A stretch of 64,000 nucleotides of DNA. Origin: Eledone cirrhosa. Its lineage: Eukaryota. The stretch lies in NCBI GenBank assembly GCA_964016885.1, contig OZ024742.1, positions 107,322,001 to 107,386,000 on the forward strand. The letters are read 5' to 3'. The notes under the pieces are model-generated. The model was not told where the DNA came from. It did no database searches and was given only the letters and a program-made list of their open reading frames with translations. Both the position numbers and the translations under genes were made by a program. This document shows, piece after piece, positions 48,899-63,120 of this stretch (position 1 is the first letter of the stretch; the number at the start of each line of letters is the position of its first letter).

Positions 48899-49989
48899 TG
48901 TACACTAGGGCATCAATAGTTTACCTGCAACCATAAACTGTACATTAGCATTCTGCATGGGATACAAGATAGACAACAGAGAGGAATGGATAAGGGCACA
49001 GCTTTCTGGGACCTGAAACAATAGTAAAACTACCATCTGACATATCTATGTATAGGTCCATAGCTCCTGATTGAGTCGTAGTGGCCATTTCATGATAATC
49101 CTGCACGTCTTGCTCATATGGATTTGTATTTTGGTTTGGTTTATACAGCCCTTCCTAATACCATACAGTCCACACTGTAACGTGGTTGACATTAGGAAGA
49201 GTTTCCAGCTGTATAAACCAAAATACAGATTCATATGAGCAAGCATAGTCTTTGGACCTGACTTATCTCATAACGTGACCTGTCTAACCCATGCAAACAT
49301 AGAAAAATAGACATTAAATATTAATGTTGAAGGTGAGTGAAAGTGAAAGAGATATAGAGGAAGAATCGATTCCAGTACTAGATTGGTACATTTTTGATTG
49401 ACCTTAGCCAGAACAAATACTGCAAAGCATTCCAACCAACACTCAAACAACTCTGCCATTTGCCATCTATTTATGGCATAACAAAATAGATAATAAGAAT
49501 GGTCTACTAGTGTTACAGTTATAATAGTTTGATGTTGAACTCTAAATAACTGGTGCTAGAATTTCTATTACTATATTTTTAGATTCTCTATGTCATTCTT
49601 AATGTATCTTTTGTATCCATTAGCTGCTGAATAAAGGCTTCATTGAAGTTACATTATAACATTCCTGTTAAAAAACAACTACAAAAATGCCACATTCAAG
49701 ATAATTAACAACAGATTTGGACTATACAGAGGTGACTGGTCAGCACATGTCACTTTTCCATCACGGCCAGTCACACAACAAATAATAATTCATAAGAACA
49801 AGATGCTCTGATGTTCTTCATTCTTTATATGAAAAAAAAAAAGAGATTATAACCTTGAAATACCATGAAACATAGAGTAAAACATTGTTTTGTCATTTTT
49901 ACTTTTCTCCACATTAGTTCCACCATTATATTCTCTATTCACAATCATGGAAAACCTGCCAAACAAAGAGCAGGGTGTTGGTACCTTAA

Positions 49990-50169
49990 CCCTTTAGTAT
50001 TTTCATGGTAAAGGCTTTATCTCACATAATATCGAATCTATGAGATTTTGATGTAATCTATTTTGAGAACGATACCTTAACATCAGTATGAACAGCTAAT
50101 TACAGCCAGTTTGAACAGAAAGAGGTGAGAGAATTCTGGCTAGATACAGCTGGTTTGAATGCTAAAGGG
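49990..50169. mobile_element. piggyBac MITE (180 bp)
   Basis: TTAA|CCCTTTAG ... GAATGCTAAAGGG|TTAA; shares a subterminal segment with the 41.8-kb element. Confidence 0.85.
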
Positions 50170-52449
50170 TTAACACACTTGGTAGAGTATGGGACTGTAT
50201 GCCAGGTCTGTGGCTTCCAAAGTTTCCATAGTCAGTGGGATCAAACTGGGGCATTATGATTGGGAACCAAACTCTTAAACCATTTGGTCATGCATTGTCC
50301 ATATATATATATATATATATATATCTTATGATTTACCAAGGTGCTTGGATGATTTGAAATTTAAAATCCAAATGTAGGAATTGCTATAAATAATATATTG
50401 ATTTCTGTATTTGGATTTTTTAATATAATACTCATGCAAACAAATATAGGAGACACAAGCCATACCTATTGAAAACAACATGTGAGAAATTTATCAATCT
50501 GATAAGATCCAGTATTATCTGTGAAGAAATACGTCTTATTGCTTCATTGGAGCCTATTTCTTGTATATCAAATGTGAACCAGCTGATTTGTGTGTGCTAT
50601 AAAGATCAGTTGAAAGATCTGTGAAGTTTGTCTTTAAAAAGAGCAGTAATTTTTTTAGCAAGCTGTTCAGTACAATGACCTTTCATTACCAAGGCAATAT
50701 GTAACAGACCCATAAAATACAGATGTCTCTTCAGAAAGAGATTATTTCAACAGCTCATTGTGAGGCTAAACATCAATCACTTGAGTCATAATTATATTCT
50801 TTTGTTACATCTTACTTAGCTTTGTCTCGCTAATGCTCACATATTCACTAAGCTATTTGTTACATTTTGCTTAGCTTTATCTAACTACGGCTCTCTTATT
50901 CACTAAGCAGCTGATTATCCTTAGTGGTATCTATTGATGCCTGACTTTGTTTATCATTCCCAAAGCCATGCCCTTTACACAATTCACTCACAGGTGCAGT
51001 CAATCCGACAGGATTCACAATATTCACTCACATTTTACAAACAAACTCTTAATGTTAACTGTTTGTACAATACTAAGTATAACGACGATCCAATTAAGAT
51101 GCTTTAAAGTTCAAGAGCAAAAGTTCGAGGTGGAATCAACTGCTGGGACCCTTACAGAATTCATGTGGTTCCACGAAACTTGCACTAACTGAAATATCAA
51201 ATCCTTTCTGAAGTCACAACTACAATATTTTCGAAAATATTGTAACGCTATTGTATATTTACCACAGTAAAGATTATATACTAGTACAATAATAGACAAG
51301 ACAGATATGGGGGAGATAGCTTTAAGAAATAGCCCCACGTACATAACATGAACTAAAAAGAGGAGAGAGAAAATATCTGAAGTATGTGTAGAAGTTTTTT
51401 GCATAGAAAACAGTCCGAGTTGTTAATTTATGTGGTTGTAATTAGCGTAACAATTAAATTAGTGACGATTATTTAGCTTTCAGCAAGTTTCACGTCTAAA
51501 TCTGAAACAATGAATCACACACACAGAGACACACTGGTGTGTGAGCTCATTTCAATTGAAGACAAGCCTGTCGATAAATAGGGCGCCGTAGAATCGGTTA
51601 ACATTACAATGTAGAGAAAAATTCTATGACTCTCATATTACTCATTGGAAGCAGGGAGCAGCGTCAGATTATAAACTCTGCGTTTTGCATGCTTTAATTG
51701 ATTATTGTGGCACCATTAATTCATTATAATCCCCAGCGTCATAATTGAACGAGTAAATCCATTTAATCAAAGAATATATTATTAAATGAATCTAGCATAC
51801 ACAAAACATTCCATTTGAAAAGTTAAGAAATCTGTTGGTCTAAATATGATCTAAATAACAGTTTGGTATGGTAATCTTGCCTGCTAAAGATAGCTTCTCT
51901 TCCCAGCTAATCACCATTCCATAGAACTGAAAGCAGTTATATTTACATCGATACTAACGATGTTTTTCCAAATCTTTTAAATATTTGTTTACGCTTGTCT
52001 AATAATAGATGTTACCTTTTTATCGGTTTTAATTCTTCACAGTGAAATAGCTAGTTCAATAAAATTATTCGCACCTAGTATGACAGACTATTGCAGTTAA
52101 TGACATTTTCTATATGCCGCACAGCCATTCTGTCGAAATTAATGGTATAAGCAAAAGAATATCGATAGACTTCTATCGAACTACCTCAGCAATCTTGTCA
52201 ATTTTAAAATATACACAGAATAGATGGATTAGTTAAGTCTTTACAATAAGAAAACAAACGCTGTATAAAAAATTGAAGACCAGAGTATGTTAAAATTGAC
52301 AAACAGATTTGAAAAAAGAACCCACAGCTCTAGTAAGGTAGTTAATATTATCCCATTTGTCGTGCTTACATGCTGTACATACAACCCTTTCTTATCTACA
52401 AAGATAAATAAATAACCATAACATATACACACACACATGTGTATACAAA

Positions 52450-52493
<44 letters not shown>

Positions 52494-52720
52494 TTAAAAT
52501 CTGTGTATATGTGTGACATAGATGTAACATCTCCATTCTAACAAAACATCACAAAGAACTGTCTACAAGACGAAGATTTCAGTATTTATAAAATGAAACC
52601 GCTGTTCTCATGATTATTTAGTATCGTTGTTTTTGATAACATTTGACGTAATAGCATTTATACAGTTATAATTTGACTATTTCGACTTAATTTTTTTTTT
52701 AAATCATATATATTTCTTAC

Positions 52721-53270
52721 CGTGTTGATGGGCAACAACGAGCCCGGGATGTTAAAGAGAGAGAGAAATCAATAGAATTTACACGAGAAATTTTCTTTCT
52801 TACAAACGGAAGTGATGTTTGGCGGGAAAATGATAATCTCGCCACCAATGAAATATTGCAATTTTGTTTTTCTTTCAAACTAATCTCTTTAGAAATATGA
52901 AATATATTTAGAAATATCGACAAAATATTTTAAAATGAGTTATTAAAGTTATTTTATGCAAAATGAATTAAAACCTAGAGACAATCATACCGCACTTGCG
53001 CATGCGTAATAGTTACTGTTAATAAAACTAGTTTCTTAATAGTGTTACATACTTAATCATTTAATTCTGATTCTCCTCATTAGCAGAAATTCTAAAGCTA
53101 TTTCGCCCTATCCTCAATATTTTAAGGTATTCTAGTTACGTCGGTAAGCATGTGCAATTATTTAACTCTCTTAAAATGTTTATTATATAGCTTTGAAATG
53201 TTATATTATGTTGTTTTTTTTTTTGGTTCTTAACTCCAGTCACAGCGAACTCCTCTGTTTAAGATGGCCG
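52721..53270. promoter_or_regulatory. Putative bidirectional promoter POLE3/CSNK2B with non-coding first exons
   Basis: Minus donor (cttac) 52716-52720; plus donor G|GTAAG at 53144; CGGAAGTG 52807, TTTGGCGGGAAAA 52818, CCAAT 52845, TGCGCATGCG 52997, AAGATGGCCG 53261; local CpG enrichment. Confidence 0.65.
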
Positions 53271-54962
53271 GATGCTCTTTAGAGAATTTCACCAATTTTT
53301 ATTATATTCTAATCTTTCAAAAACGATCTATGACCTTTAGACAGTTTATTCAAAGTCAAAGCTTTTAAGGATTTATTTTATATTCCATATTAATATTAAT
53401 ATATATGCTTCTAGTAAGGGTAATGTAGTCTTTCAGCAGACTTCTCAACAAAGGTATTTCTTAAATTGTCTTCATAACAGATGTATCACTGCTTCACGAG
53501 GATGGCTAGTTGTTGGCGGGCACTGTTCCCTTTCATTCAGCTTTTACTGAATATCTTTAATCTTATTCTGGGTTCGCTTTCTGTGAGAACCTCTTTCTGC
53601 TTTCTTATGACGAACATCATTAAATGAAATGTATTTACTAATCAGTCAACCTAGTAAACATTATTATTATTTTTCTGTCTCTGTGTTCTGCAACCACAAC
53701 TAGAATGTTATTTCGAATACTGTGGTGTCCTTTGCACTAATTTCTTATATTTCACTGATACGAATTTATATTTCCTTTACCATTAATTAACCTCTGATAT
53801 CCATTTAAAATTGCATTTACTAGTGTTTACTAAAACTCCGCGATACAAATAACTAGGGAACTGAATTCATCCGATTTGTCAATTGATTGTATATACCAGT
53901 ATTATCTTTATTGTTGGCGTGGATGAGTTTAGCTCATTCAATCAGACTAGCTGATCGTTTTTGAAAGAATAAGGGCTAAAAGTAAGATGGGAGTGGTAGA
54001 TGACGTTACACCCATCTCTGTGAACACAATAGAATCGCTAGTCGGAGAAAGAAATTTATCTATGGGCTGAGTGTTAATGTAATATTTCATTCACTTCATG
54101 TCTTCCATTGTCACAAACGCAATGACTGGTGAGAAGTTGGTGTCTAATTAGAATCTATTCATTGTAACCTTATGTTTTCATAACATTACTTTTAATTTTG
54201 AGTGGGTGAAATCATAATTACGCCTATCGAGTTTCACAAATTCATTTACTCGCTATATAATTAATCTCAAGATCTCAGATCCATGACGTTCTCTTAAAAT
54301 AGCGTATTGTGAAAATATTCTTTTTTAATCTGTAAAGACTAAATTCAGTTTTGGAACGTTGTGGACTTGCTGCCAATAATTAAACTGTTACAATCATGGC
54401 AGTTTAGTTATGTAATTTCTCTGTTGAAAATCTACATTTTTTGTGAATATGCGTGAAATTGTGGGGTTTCATTTAAATCTGTTTTGCCTCTGGAGTCGGG
54501 AATTTGTTTGACCTATGGACATCTCTTTACTATGACGTATGCAATTATTGTTAAAAAATCCTTCTGTTGAGTTTTGTATGATAAATACTAAGAAGATATG
54601 ATTGCAAGTCGAGCTACCAGGTTGAAGAATTTTTTCCAGTATATTAAATCGTGCGTATATTGACGATGACATCATTTGCTTTGAATTGCTTTAGCAACAA
54701 AAATAAATAAATAAATACTTACGAAATTTCTGTGAAGAATAGATCTGGTTTCTTCGTTTTACATTCTGCTTTACTGACTTATTTGTTTTTAGTTATTCAT
54801 TGAACTCTTATACTCTTATACTTGGGTAAATACTTTTGACAAGTTTATCCTTATCCATGTATTTAAACAAATATTTTGTAAATAATTGCATTTTAAAAAT
54901 TTGTTGTACATAAACTCTTATTTAAGAGTGTGTTTTTTTTCTCTTTTCTTTTTTCAGTTGAA

Positions 54963-55034
54963 ATGAGTAGTTCAGAGGAAGTCTCTTGGATTTCCTGGTT
55001 TTGTGGTTTGCGGGGGAATGAATTCTTCTGCGAA
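54963..55034 (+). CDS. CSNK2B: CSNK2B coding exon 1 [24 protein letters not shown]
   Basis: Acceptor at 54957, donor gtgagt. Confidence 0.97.
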
Positions 55035-58000
55035 GTGAGTAGAACTGATTTATTTTGTTTGCCATTCTTTGTCAATTTGTTATACAAATTCAAACATTTA
55101 CTTTCTACAATAACGTATATAGAGAGATTTAGTCACTTGATCTATTATAAATAATAGCCAAACTCCTTCAAATCACACCTATTTTAAAACGGGTTTTAGA
55201 AGCTAAATGATGTTCTCATAAATATTAAAAAATGCAGGAAGACAAAGGCTGGATCATGGGTTTGCTTCGGATAGGTTTAACCTAGTGCTAAACAATGTAT
55301 ATAAAACAAGAGTTTAGAGAAAATAGTTCTTCATTTTTACTAAGTAAATTTTAACTCTTAACATTTTGTAATGATTGAGAAGAGAATATCTATAACTGGG
55401 TTTGTTGATTCAAGTGTTTGTACTATCTTTATTAGACAGATTGTTTTGAAAATTTAATTTTCAATGTAATGCAGTCATAGTGCTGTTTTATACTTTTCAA
55501 CAATGCCTTGCTTGTGTGTTTTCATGCAGTATAGGATGTTAATAGTTAAAGTGAACTAACTTGTAAACATTACACTTGCCTGAAATGTTAATTGGAAAGT
55601 AAAGCTGAAGAAATGTTACCTCCCATAGTTGCTATATAAAGTTAAAGAACAAATGAGGGAGAACTTGTGCCCAAGAAATTTTGTTTCTCTGATTAGTTTC
55701 TCTATTCATTAATGTTTGTGATGACTATTTCACTAGGGAGTGATATCTATTATCTGAAACTCCACTACTCACACATAGATATGAAAATAAAGCAACAATG
55801 TGTCGGGAGGACTCTTCAGTTATGTCAAAGACTTGACAATCTCCCTTGTGGTAATCTACATGATAAAAGCACCCAGTATACACTGAAAAGTGATTGATAG
55901 GTAGGACATCCAGCTGTAGAAAGCTTACCAAAGAAAGAGTTGGGGTCATCCTTCAGTTGTGTCAGATATGACAGTCTCCCTAATCCTAGCATCATTATAA
56001 AAATCGCTCAGGTGAGTGTGGGATTGTATGTAAGCACGATGCAACTCCCGCCCATCTGAGGGGATCAGTAGCTGTGCTTGAGTACTGATTCAGTTTGTCC
56101 AATTGTTGCTTTTGCTAGAAAATGTATAAGCAACCAATACCTTGCCTACACAATCAGTTTCTCTCTCCCTGCCTTTTAAAATCACATCTTAAGTGTGAAA
56201 AGCGCATTTCATAATCTAGTCCTATGTTCTGACTGGAAGAAAACAAGACAGCTAGTCACAGCTGTACCACGTGAAATGGCATTAGCATGACATTTTTGAA
56301 AAGTACAAAGCATTACATTTAAAATGAAAGCATTTACTTTAATGCTGTAAAATTCACTTGTCGACTGTCGTTATTGTATTCTTTGTTAACTGCATATCCT
56401 TAGTTTGAAACAGTAGGAGGGGTGGGGGTGCTTAGAAGCATTGGTTAATATAGTACATTGTTGCAAACTCTTAATACACGAAATGTTAGCTAGTAAACTG
56501 TGTAAAAGAAGAGAGAAATGTACTTCCTAGTGTCAAGAATCTTTACAGCTTCTGCTTTCTTTGAAAAAACATTGCAAACTGATTCTGTCATCTCTATATA
56601 GCTGTGTTATTTTAGATTAGGTCTGTGATTAGACACAGTCAATTTTTTTTTAAAGTTAATTTAATTTTTTATGGGAGTAGAACATTAGATTAACCCCTTA
56701 TGTTGGGTAGTACATATTTTATTGACCCAATGAAAGGTTTAATCACCATTGGTTTGTTTGATCAGTTCCAACCTAGAGCTAAACAATATCAATAATTTTG
56801 TCATTATTGCAATAGTACTGTGATGTCTCTTGTGCTAATAATTATTTGCTATCATCTCCATAGTTATCACTGGGAGATTTAGTGTAGGGCTCAACAATGT
56901 TTGACTTAGGGACGTGTTTCTGTTTCATTTTCTAAGCATATAATTTAACTATAAGCTTAATCCTTTGTCTTGTTTTGTGTTGCAGGTTGATGAAGATTAT
57001 ATTCAAGACAAATTCAACTTAACAGGTTTAAATGAACAAGTCCCTCACTATAGACAGGCTCTAGATATGATATTGGACCTAGAGCCAGGTACTCATATTA
57101 TTGCTTTTGTTTTCATTTAAAAAAAATATATTTGTAATGTTGTTTAATGTAAGCAAGATAGAGGACTGTGGTTGAAATATTGGTTTAGCTGCTCATGGGT
57201 GCAAATATGGCTGTGTAGTTATGTAAGTCCAGATTCAGTCCTTCATTGTGGCACCTTAAGCATCTACCATAGTCTTGATTGAACCCAGATCTTATTAATG
57301 AAAATTGATGGACCTAATCCATCTCCTAGTGTAACACCACTTTATGGTCTCAAGTGCCTTCAGCAGAGTCCACTTTGTGATAAGAGCTTGGAGTAATTCT
57401 GCTGTGTAAAGATAATCAATGAGTTTTCTTTCTCTGTCATGGGTGCTGCCCATCCTCTGACTAAACCACAAAATATAATCTTTAGCCCTTTTGATATCGA
57501 AATACATAGTTCTATGGTGCAAAATTTTGTTCCTAAAGTGTTTATATTTATCAAAAACGTTTCCATTATAATTTTATGTAAGAATCTTTTTTAAGTTATG
57601 CTTCAAACACCAGCTTGATAAAGAGAAAGTTATGTTGCTAAATCCCTTTAAATTCTTGATAATTTTCAAAGGGATTTGAAAATCATCAGCAGTGTCTCTT
57701 ATTAGAAATATGGTAATGAAAGGGTTAAAGTTCAGATTTTTTGCTCTTGTATTTTGTTTTTCTTGTCATAACATTATTTTTTGTGACATAGTTTACCTAG
57801 CTGTCTTGAATATGTATCAGATTAATAATTTGTTATAGATCAGTTGATCTAACAGCCTATGCTGATTAACCATTAGATTCTGGACTCTGATTTGTTTACA
57901 GTATGGTGACTATATATTAAGCTCATCACATAAAACACCATTCATCATCAGATGAATATCTTTGACTATGAAGCATTGCAAATATTAAAAACCAGCAGTT

Positions 58001-60756
58001 TTTGTTATGATTGAAGCAGTCCTGTATTACCGATCTATCCTAGTAAATTTTGCAGTTTCTAAAAGGGTCTTCATTTTCAATCATTAATTGAATGTATATT
58101 TTGGAGATGTGTTTATAGTGGTATACAGATTGTGTCCTTCATGTGGTGGCTTGTGATATTAGCCAGTATTTCTCTCATCAGTCAACTATGTTGTCATATT
58201 TGTAATATTATTTTGCATAGGAAATTAGAAATTGTTGTTAATCCATTTCTTGATCCACTTCAGTACAGTAGACCTTGGATGTAATAACTCATCTATCCAT
58301 AACACATTTCTACAGTTGGATTCCTTTCCTGATACTAACCTATACTTTTAGTATGATAGGGATTCATTGACTTAACACATACAAACATTTGTTGAACTGA
58401 GGCTATAGCAGAAGCAGCTATTTACAATAGTATTTGCATATGTCCCAATGTTCATGAGAAATATGTCACTTCATGTTCTTTAATCAACTTTAGATACTGA
58501 ATACAAAATATAAAAGGGTATACTAGTTTATTTCAAGCTATTTTTTCTTTGTTTTGGTTGCAGTCATATTTCAGTATCCACTATTCATTAGTGTTCTTGC
58601 TGCAAAATAATAAATGATAAAATAGTTTTTCTCCCCATCAATAAAATAAAACGAATGAAATCAGAATTTTAAATTTATTCTCGTTTCTCGAGTAATGCCC
58701 TCCTTCCTCTGCTTATTAATTTTTCAGATTTTTTCCAATTCCTCTGTTTATTAAATTTTGCTAATATATCTCTTGCAAAATGTTATTTTAAGTGGCAGCA
58801 CTCCTTTGATAATTTTCTTTAGACATTAAAAAACATTATACGTGACAAAAAAGAACATTACAAGAAATCTCATACGTTATAAAATAAATTGGACTAATTC
58901 TGGTTCTTAAAAGATCAAGGGAGACAACCAAGAAACATTATCCATTCCCTTCTCCCCCGTCCCATTATATAGGACCCTTTTAAACGAGATAAAATTAGTT
59001 TTATTGTGAAAGGGAGGTAACTTTTTCTTGCATATCACTACACTGATATTACATTAGGTGGATGGACACACTTGCTATTTGATTTAAGTTTAGAAAATGT
59101 TTGCATCTCCATACAATCAACCTCGTTTCAAATAAGGTCCCTGCACATCCTGAGCACCTTTTTTATCTCCATGTGTCTAACACACGTGGACATGCCTACA
59201 AAATCAGAAAACAGCACAGCTCCTATGACTTTCGGAAACATTTTTTCACGCTTAGAGTTGCTGAAGCATGTAACAAACTGCCTGCATCAGTTGTTAGCTG
59301 CCGAGACACTGCATCCTTTAAAACCCTCATGCTTCTCGAAATTCGCCAAAACTACACCTGATGTACTCCTTCCATACACATGCACACGTGTATATCATGA
59401 CTCATGCACTGTTAATTTTCCTGACGTTTGTACATTACCCTATGTACTATACATACACTTTTTGATGAGTTGTAGTGCATCTCAACACTACACAATATTT
59501 TCATTATTATTATAACAGAGTTCACAGTACACACATTTTTTTTTTTTCATATATATTTTGCTTGGTAAAAATTCAACCTCCTTGCTAATGCCATTGTGAT
59601 ATTAAGAACATTTCAGCTAAATTTATAGCTGTCTTAAATTCTTTGCCTGAAGACATTGATATTAGATATGATAAACTAACACAAGTTACTATCACATACA
59701 GTTGTTGTGGTGTTGCAATAAACTTAGCTCACAGGGTCTGGTCTTATTCCATCTGATAGGGTCTAGTCTTACTACAGCTATTCCTGTGCTTCTAAATCTA
59801 GGTACAAATCTCCAATTATTTCATTCTGACTATGTTCAGCTGTAAAACCCTATTTTACACCTGACTGAAACAACAAATGTGATAAAAGTTGGAAGCAGGC
59901 ATTGATTGTGTGATTAAGTAGTTTTGATTTCCATTCCATAGTGACACATTGGACAAATGTCTTGTATGGTCTCTATCTTGAGTGAATGTGGTAAATGGTA
60001 ACAGTCGGGAAGTTCATTGTGTGTTGGTTTACTGCATGTCTCCTTGTATTGATAACATTTAACCCTTTAGCATTTACATTACTCTATATTTACTATTTTG
60101 ATATTATTTATTTTGAGAACAACGCCTTAACATCAGCATGAGTGGCAGGTTACAGCTGCTTTGAACAGAAAGAGGTGAGAGAATTCTGGCCGGTTTAAAT
60201 GCTAAAGGGTTGAAGAAAACAATGACATGTCATGCAACTTATATAAAGTGTGTGTTGACATCATGAATGACAGTGCCATGATAAGACACCCAGTTCACCT
60301 TGTAATGTCTTAGAGTTGTTGCCACAACTAAAGCATTCAGTCTACCCTATAAGGCAGTAGTGTGGGTGCCATGACAAAAACCATGCAGTCCACCCGGCAA
60401 GGTGGTTGTGTTGGTGCCATTAAAAATGCTCCCAGTATATGCTGAAAAGTGGTTAGACAGCTGGTTTAACTCGTGCAAGCATGGAAAATAGATGTTAAAC
60501 AGTGATAATGGTGATTCTTGATGAGTCAGATTTTGTAACTCACAGTGTTAGTAAATTATGCTCAACTGATTTGTATTTGTGTGGAGGATTGTTTTGGTAT
60601 CATCATCATTATTTAATGTCCATTTTATCTGCTAGCAAGAGTTGAATTGGTTGTCACAGACCATGTCAGTTTTTGTAGCTACTGGCCTCAGGCAGGCTGG
60701 TAGCTCGTCACTTCTATACATTCTTGCAATCTATAGAGTGCCTCAAGTATTTACAA

Positions 60757-60791
<35 letters not shown>

Positions 60792-62211
60792 CATACACAC
60801 ACACAAGATTGATCAGTTCTTTGAGGACATTTGTATATATTTAGCAAAGAGGCATAAGTCATGAAAGAGCTTTATTTGAGAAAAAATTGGCATCTTGAGA
60901 GACTTTCTAGCACACCTACATAATGAATAAGGTCTGAAATGTTGACATGCTCGAATCAGTTGATCTTAATCTATTTTGGACATTGTGCGAGTTATGGTGG
61001 AAATCAGAGATTTTATAGTGTTATGGGGGATGTTGATTGACTTCCCTTCTTGACTATGCCCATATGTAATATTCCAACAGATTCAGATCTGAAGAGCTTG
61101 AAGGCCACATGTTTGGGGTAACATGATCATGGAGATTGTAAGTCATCTTGGCCTTATGAGACGGTACAAGTCTTGTTGGTATGTGTAGTCTTCTTTTGCT
61201 CATGCTGTCTATCCAAGGCCTCACAACCCTCTCCAGCACCTTGTAGTCAGCAGCATTGGCCCTTATGCCCTAAGGAAAGAAATGAGGAAGCATGATATCT
61301 TCCTTGTGTTGGAATGTCCTTAGGGTCTCTGCATAACCATCTGTCGTTCTTTCAGTTAATTTTTTGGTCCTGATCAAAGTTTTCCTCATCAGAGAAAAAT
61401 CAAAGCATTCCAGGCTCTTGATGTTTCAACTTGCTGAACAGGCACTTTATGTGGATCAGACAGTTATCTTTGTATTTGCAAACATGGATTGGCCTCTCTG
61501 CATCACATATGACTTGTATCGAAGCTCCTCAAGCGCAATTCTTTCGTTAGTGCCTTCGAATTCATGATCTCCTTAGCAATGGTGCTAATTGACTTTCTGG
61601 GGTTCTTTTTGTAAACTTTGACAACAAACAACCATGCAACTTAGAGGAAGTGTGCAATCTTTAAATTACTATGATCTGCCTTTAAGGCAATGATTACAGC
61701 ATGTCTTTTCATTTGCTGAGTTAGCTTGATGTCTGTCATCAGAACAAGTTAGAGCTGTTAAAACATGTCCAAGAAGAACTGAGCAACCATCATCATCATC
61801 ATTTTACGTCCGCTTTTCCCTGCTTGCAAGAGTGAGACCCTAACCCTGTATATATTTATATATATATCGGAAAATAAACCAAAAACAATACAGTACAATG
61901 AAGATATATACTAATTTAATGCTTAATATAGTGGGAAAAGAGTCCCAACATTTTGTACATGGTGAGAAGTAACTAAAAGAGTCGGTGTCAGAAAGGGCAT
62001 GCTGTTGTTAAACATTGCCTCAAAAGTCCTGTCTAACCCATGACAACATGGAAAAGTTGGTATAAAAACGCTGATGTATATATCATCATCACCGTTTTAT
62101 GTCCCTTCTTCCACTCTAGCATGGGTTAGACGAGTTGTCCTGTTGTTAGCAATGCTAGGTCAGGTGAACATGTCTTGCTTATACAGAACCGATTTTGGCT
62201 TCATTTCTACA

Positions 62212-62247
<36 letters not shown>

Positions 62248-63120
62248 GTACACACACACACATCCGCTTTTTTTGTGTTTCTATGGATACTGGTATATAC
62301 CACTAAACATTTATTTTCCAGCGATACTGCTATACATTTTTTTTATAACTAGCATAAACTGTCACTGCAGGTTTTAAATGGTGTCGATATTGAGTTCCTG
62401 GTAGCTGGCATGCACAATATATATATATTGTGGTTGGCATTAGGAAGAGCATCCAGCCATAGAAACCAAGCCAAAATCAGTTCTGTGTGAGCAAATTCAC
62501 TGTCCCCCCGAACTGATTTCTCACAAAGGGACAGCCCATGATAGCGTGGAAGAAGATGATGATATATATAAAGGTGTACCACACATACACACATGACAGG
62601 CTTCCTGCCTGCAATTTCCATCTGTCAGATTCACTCAAGGCATTAGTTAGTACAGGGCTAAGGAAGACTCCCCAAGGTACCTTGTGTTGGACTGAACACA
62701 AAACATGGTTCTGAAGTGAACTTCATAATCACACAACCATCCTTGCACCTACTATATGAGCATGGAAAGCAGACTTGATATTAGCTGCTTTGTACTTCAT
62801 ATGTAGCTACCTGCACTAGCTTAGGCAGCATATGCTCCTGTGCTAATTCTAATTTACTAACTTAAATAGAAAAATATTGTATAACTATCCTGTTTTAAAA
62901 TACTTTATGGCAAAGTAAATCAAAATGTCTTGCAGTTAGTCGTGTAAATTTCATTGTCTTTATCTGTCAAAGCCACTTCACAACAAAGATCTATTTTCTT
63001 GTGTTAGACGATGATGTGGACGACTGCATTACTAAAGACCAGCTGGAGCAGGCTGCTAGCATGCTTTATGGACTAATTCATAATAGATATATCCTAACCA
63101 ATGCTGGTCTCAGTACTATG
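54963..63120 (+). CDS. CSNK2B: Casein kinase II beta regulatory subunit, 3'-incomplete
   Basis: Exons 54963-55034, 56986-57088, 63008-63120. The first 58 aa match the canonical animal CK2beta N-terminus as I recall it. Confidence 0.95.
56986..57088 (+). CDS. CSNK2B: CSNK2B coding exon 2 [34 protein letters not shown]
   Basis: ttgcag| ... |gtact. Confidence 0.97.
57485..57724. mobile_element. Second TTAA-type MITE family (related ends at ~23985, 36957-37314, 38691, 44070, 44680)
   Basis: Ends CCCTTTTGATA.. / ..AAAGGG|TTAA with a shared AT-rich interior. Confidence 0.6.
59072..59513 (+). mobile_element. CR1/L2-group LINE 3' end
   Basis: [33 protein letters not shown]-terminal motif, then 3'UTR and (ATT)n tail. 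Confidence 0.8.
60063..60209. mobile_element. piggyBac MITE (147 bp), same family as 49990-50169
   Basis: TTAA|CCCTTTAGCATT ... AATGCTAAAGGG; shared interior TTGAACAGAAAGAGGTGAGAGAATTCTGGC. Confidence 0.82.
60940..61745 (-). mobile_element. Degraded Tc1/mariner-superfamily transposase relic
   Basis: VVRPWI...[16 protein letters not shown] resembles the WPxxSPDLNPxDY motif; frameshifted; TIRs not located. Confidence 0.6.
63008..63120 (+). CDS. CSNK2B: CSNK2B coding exon 3, divergent: [38 protein letters not shown]
   Basis: gttag| ... |gtaag, phase 1 to 0, MLYGLIH.RYILTN motif. Confidence 0.85.

Noticed and set aside
58170-58185. Minimal hammerhead (CTGATGAGAGAAA on minus)
   Set aside because: No stem II and no supporting stems I/III.
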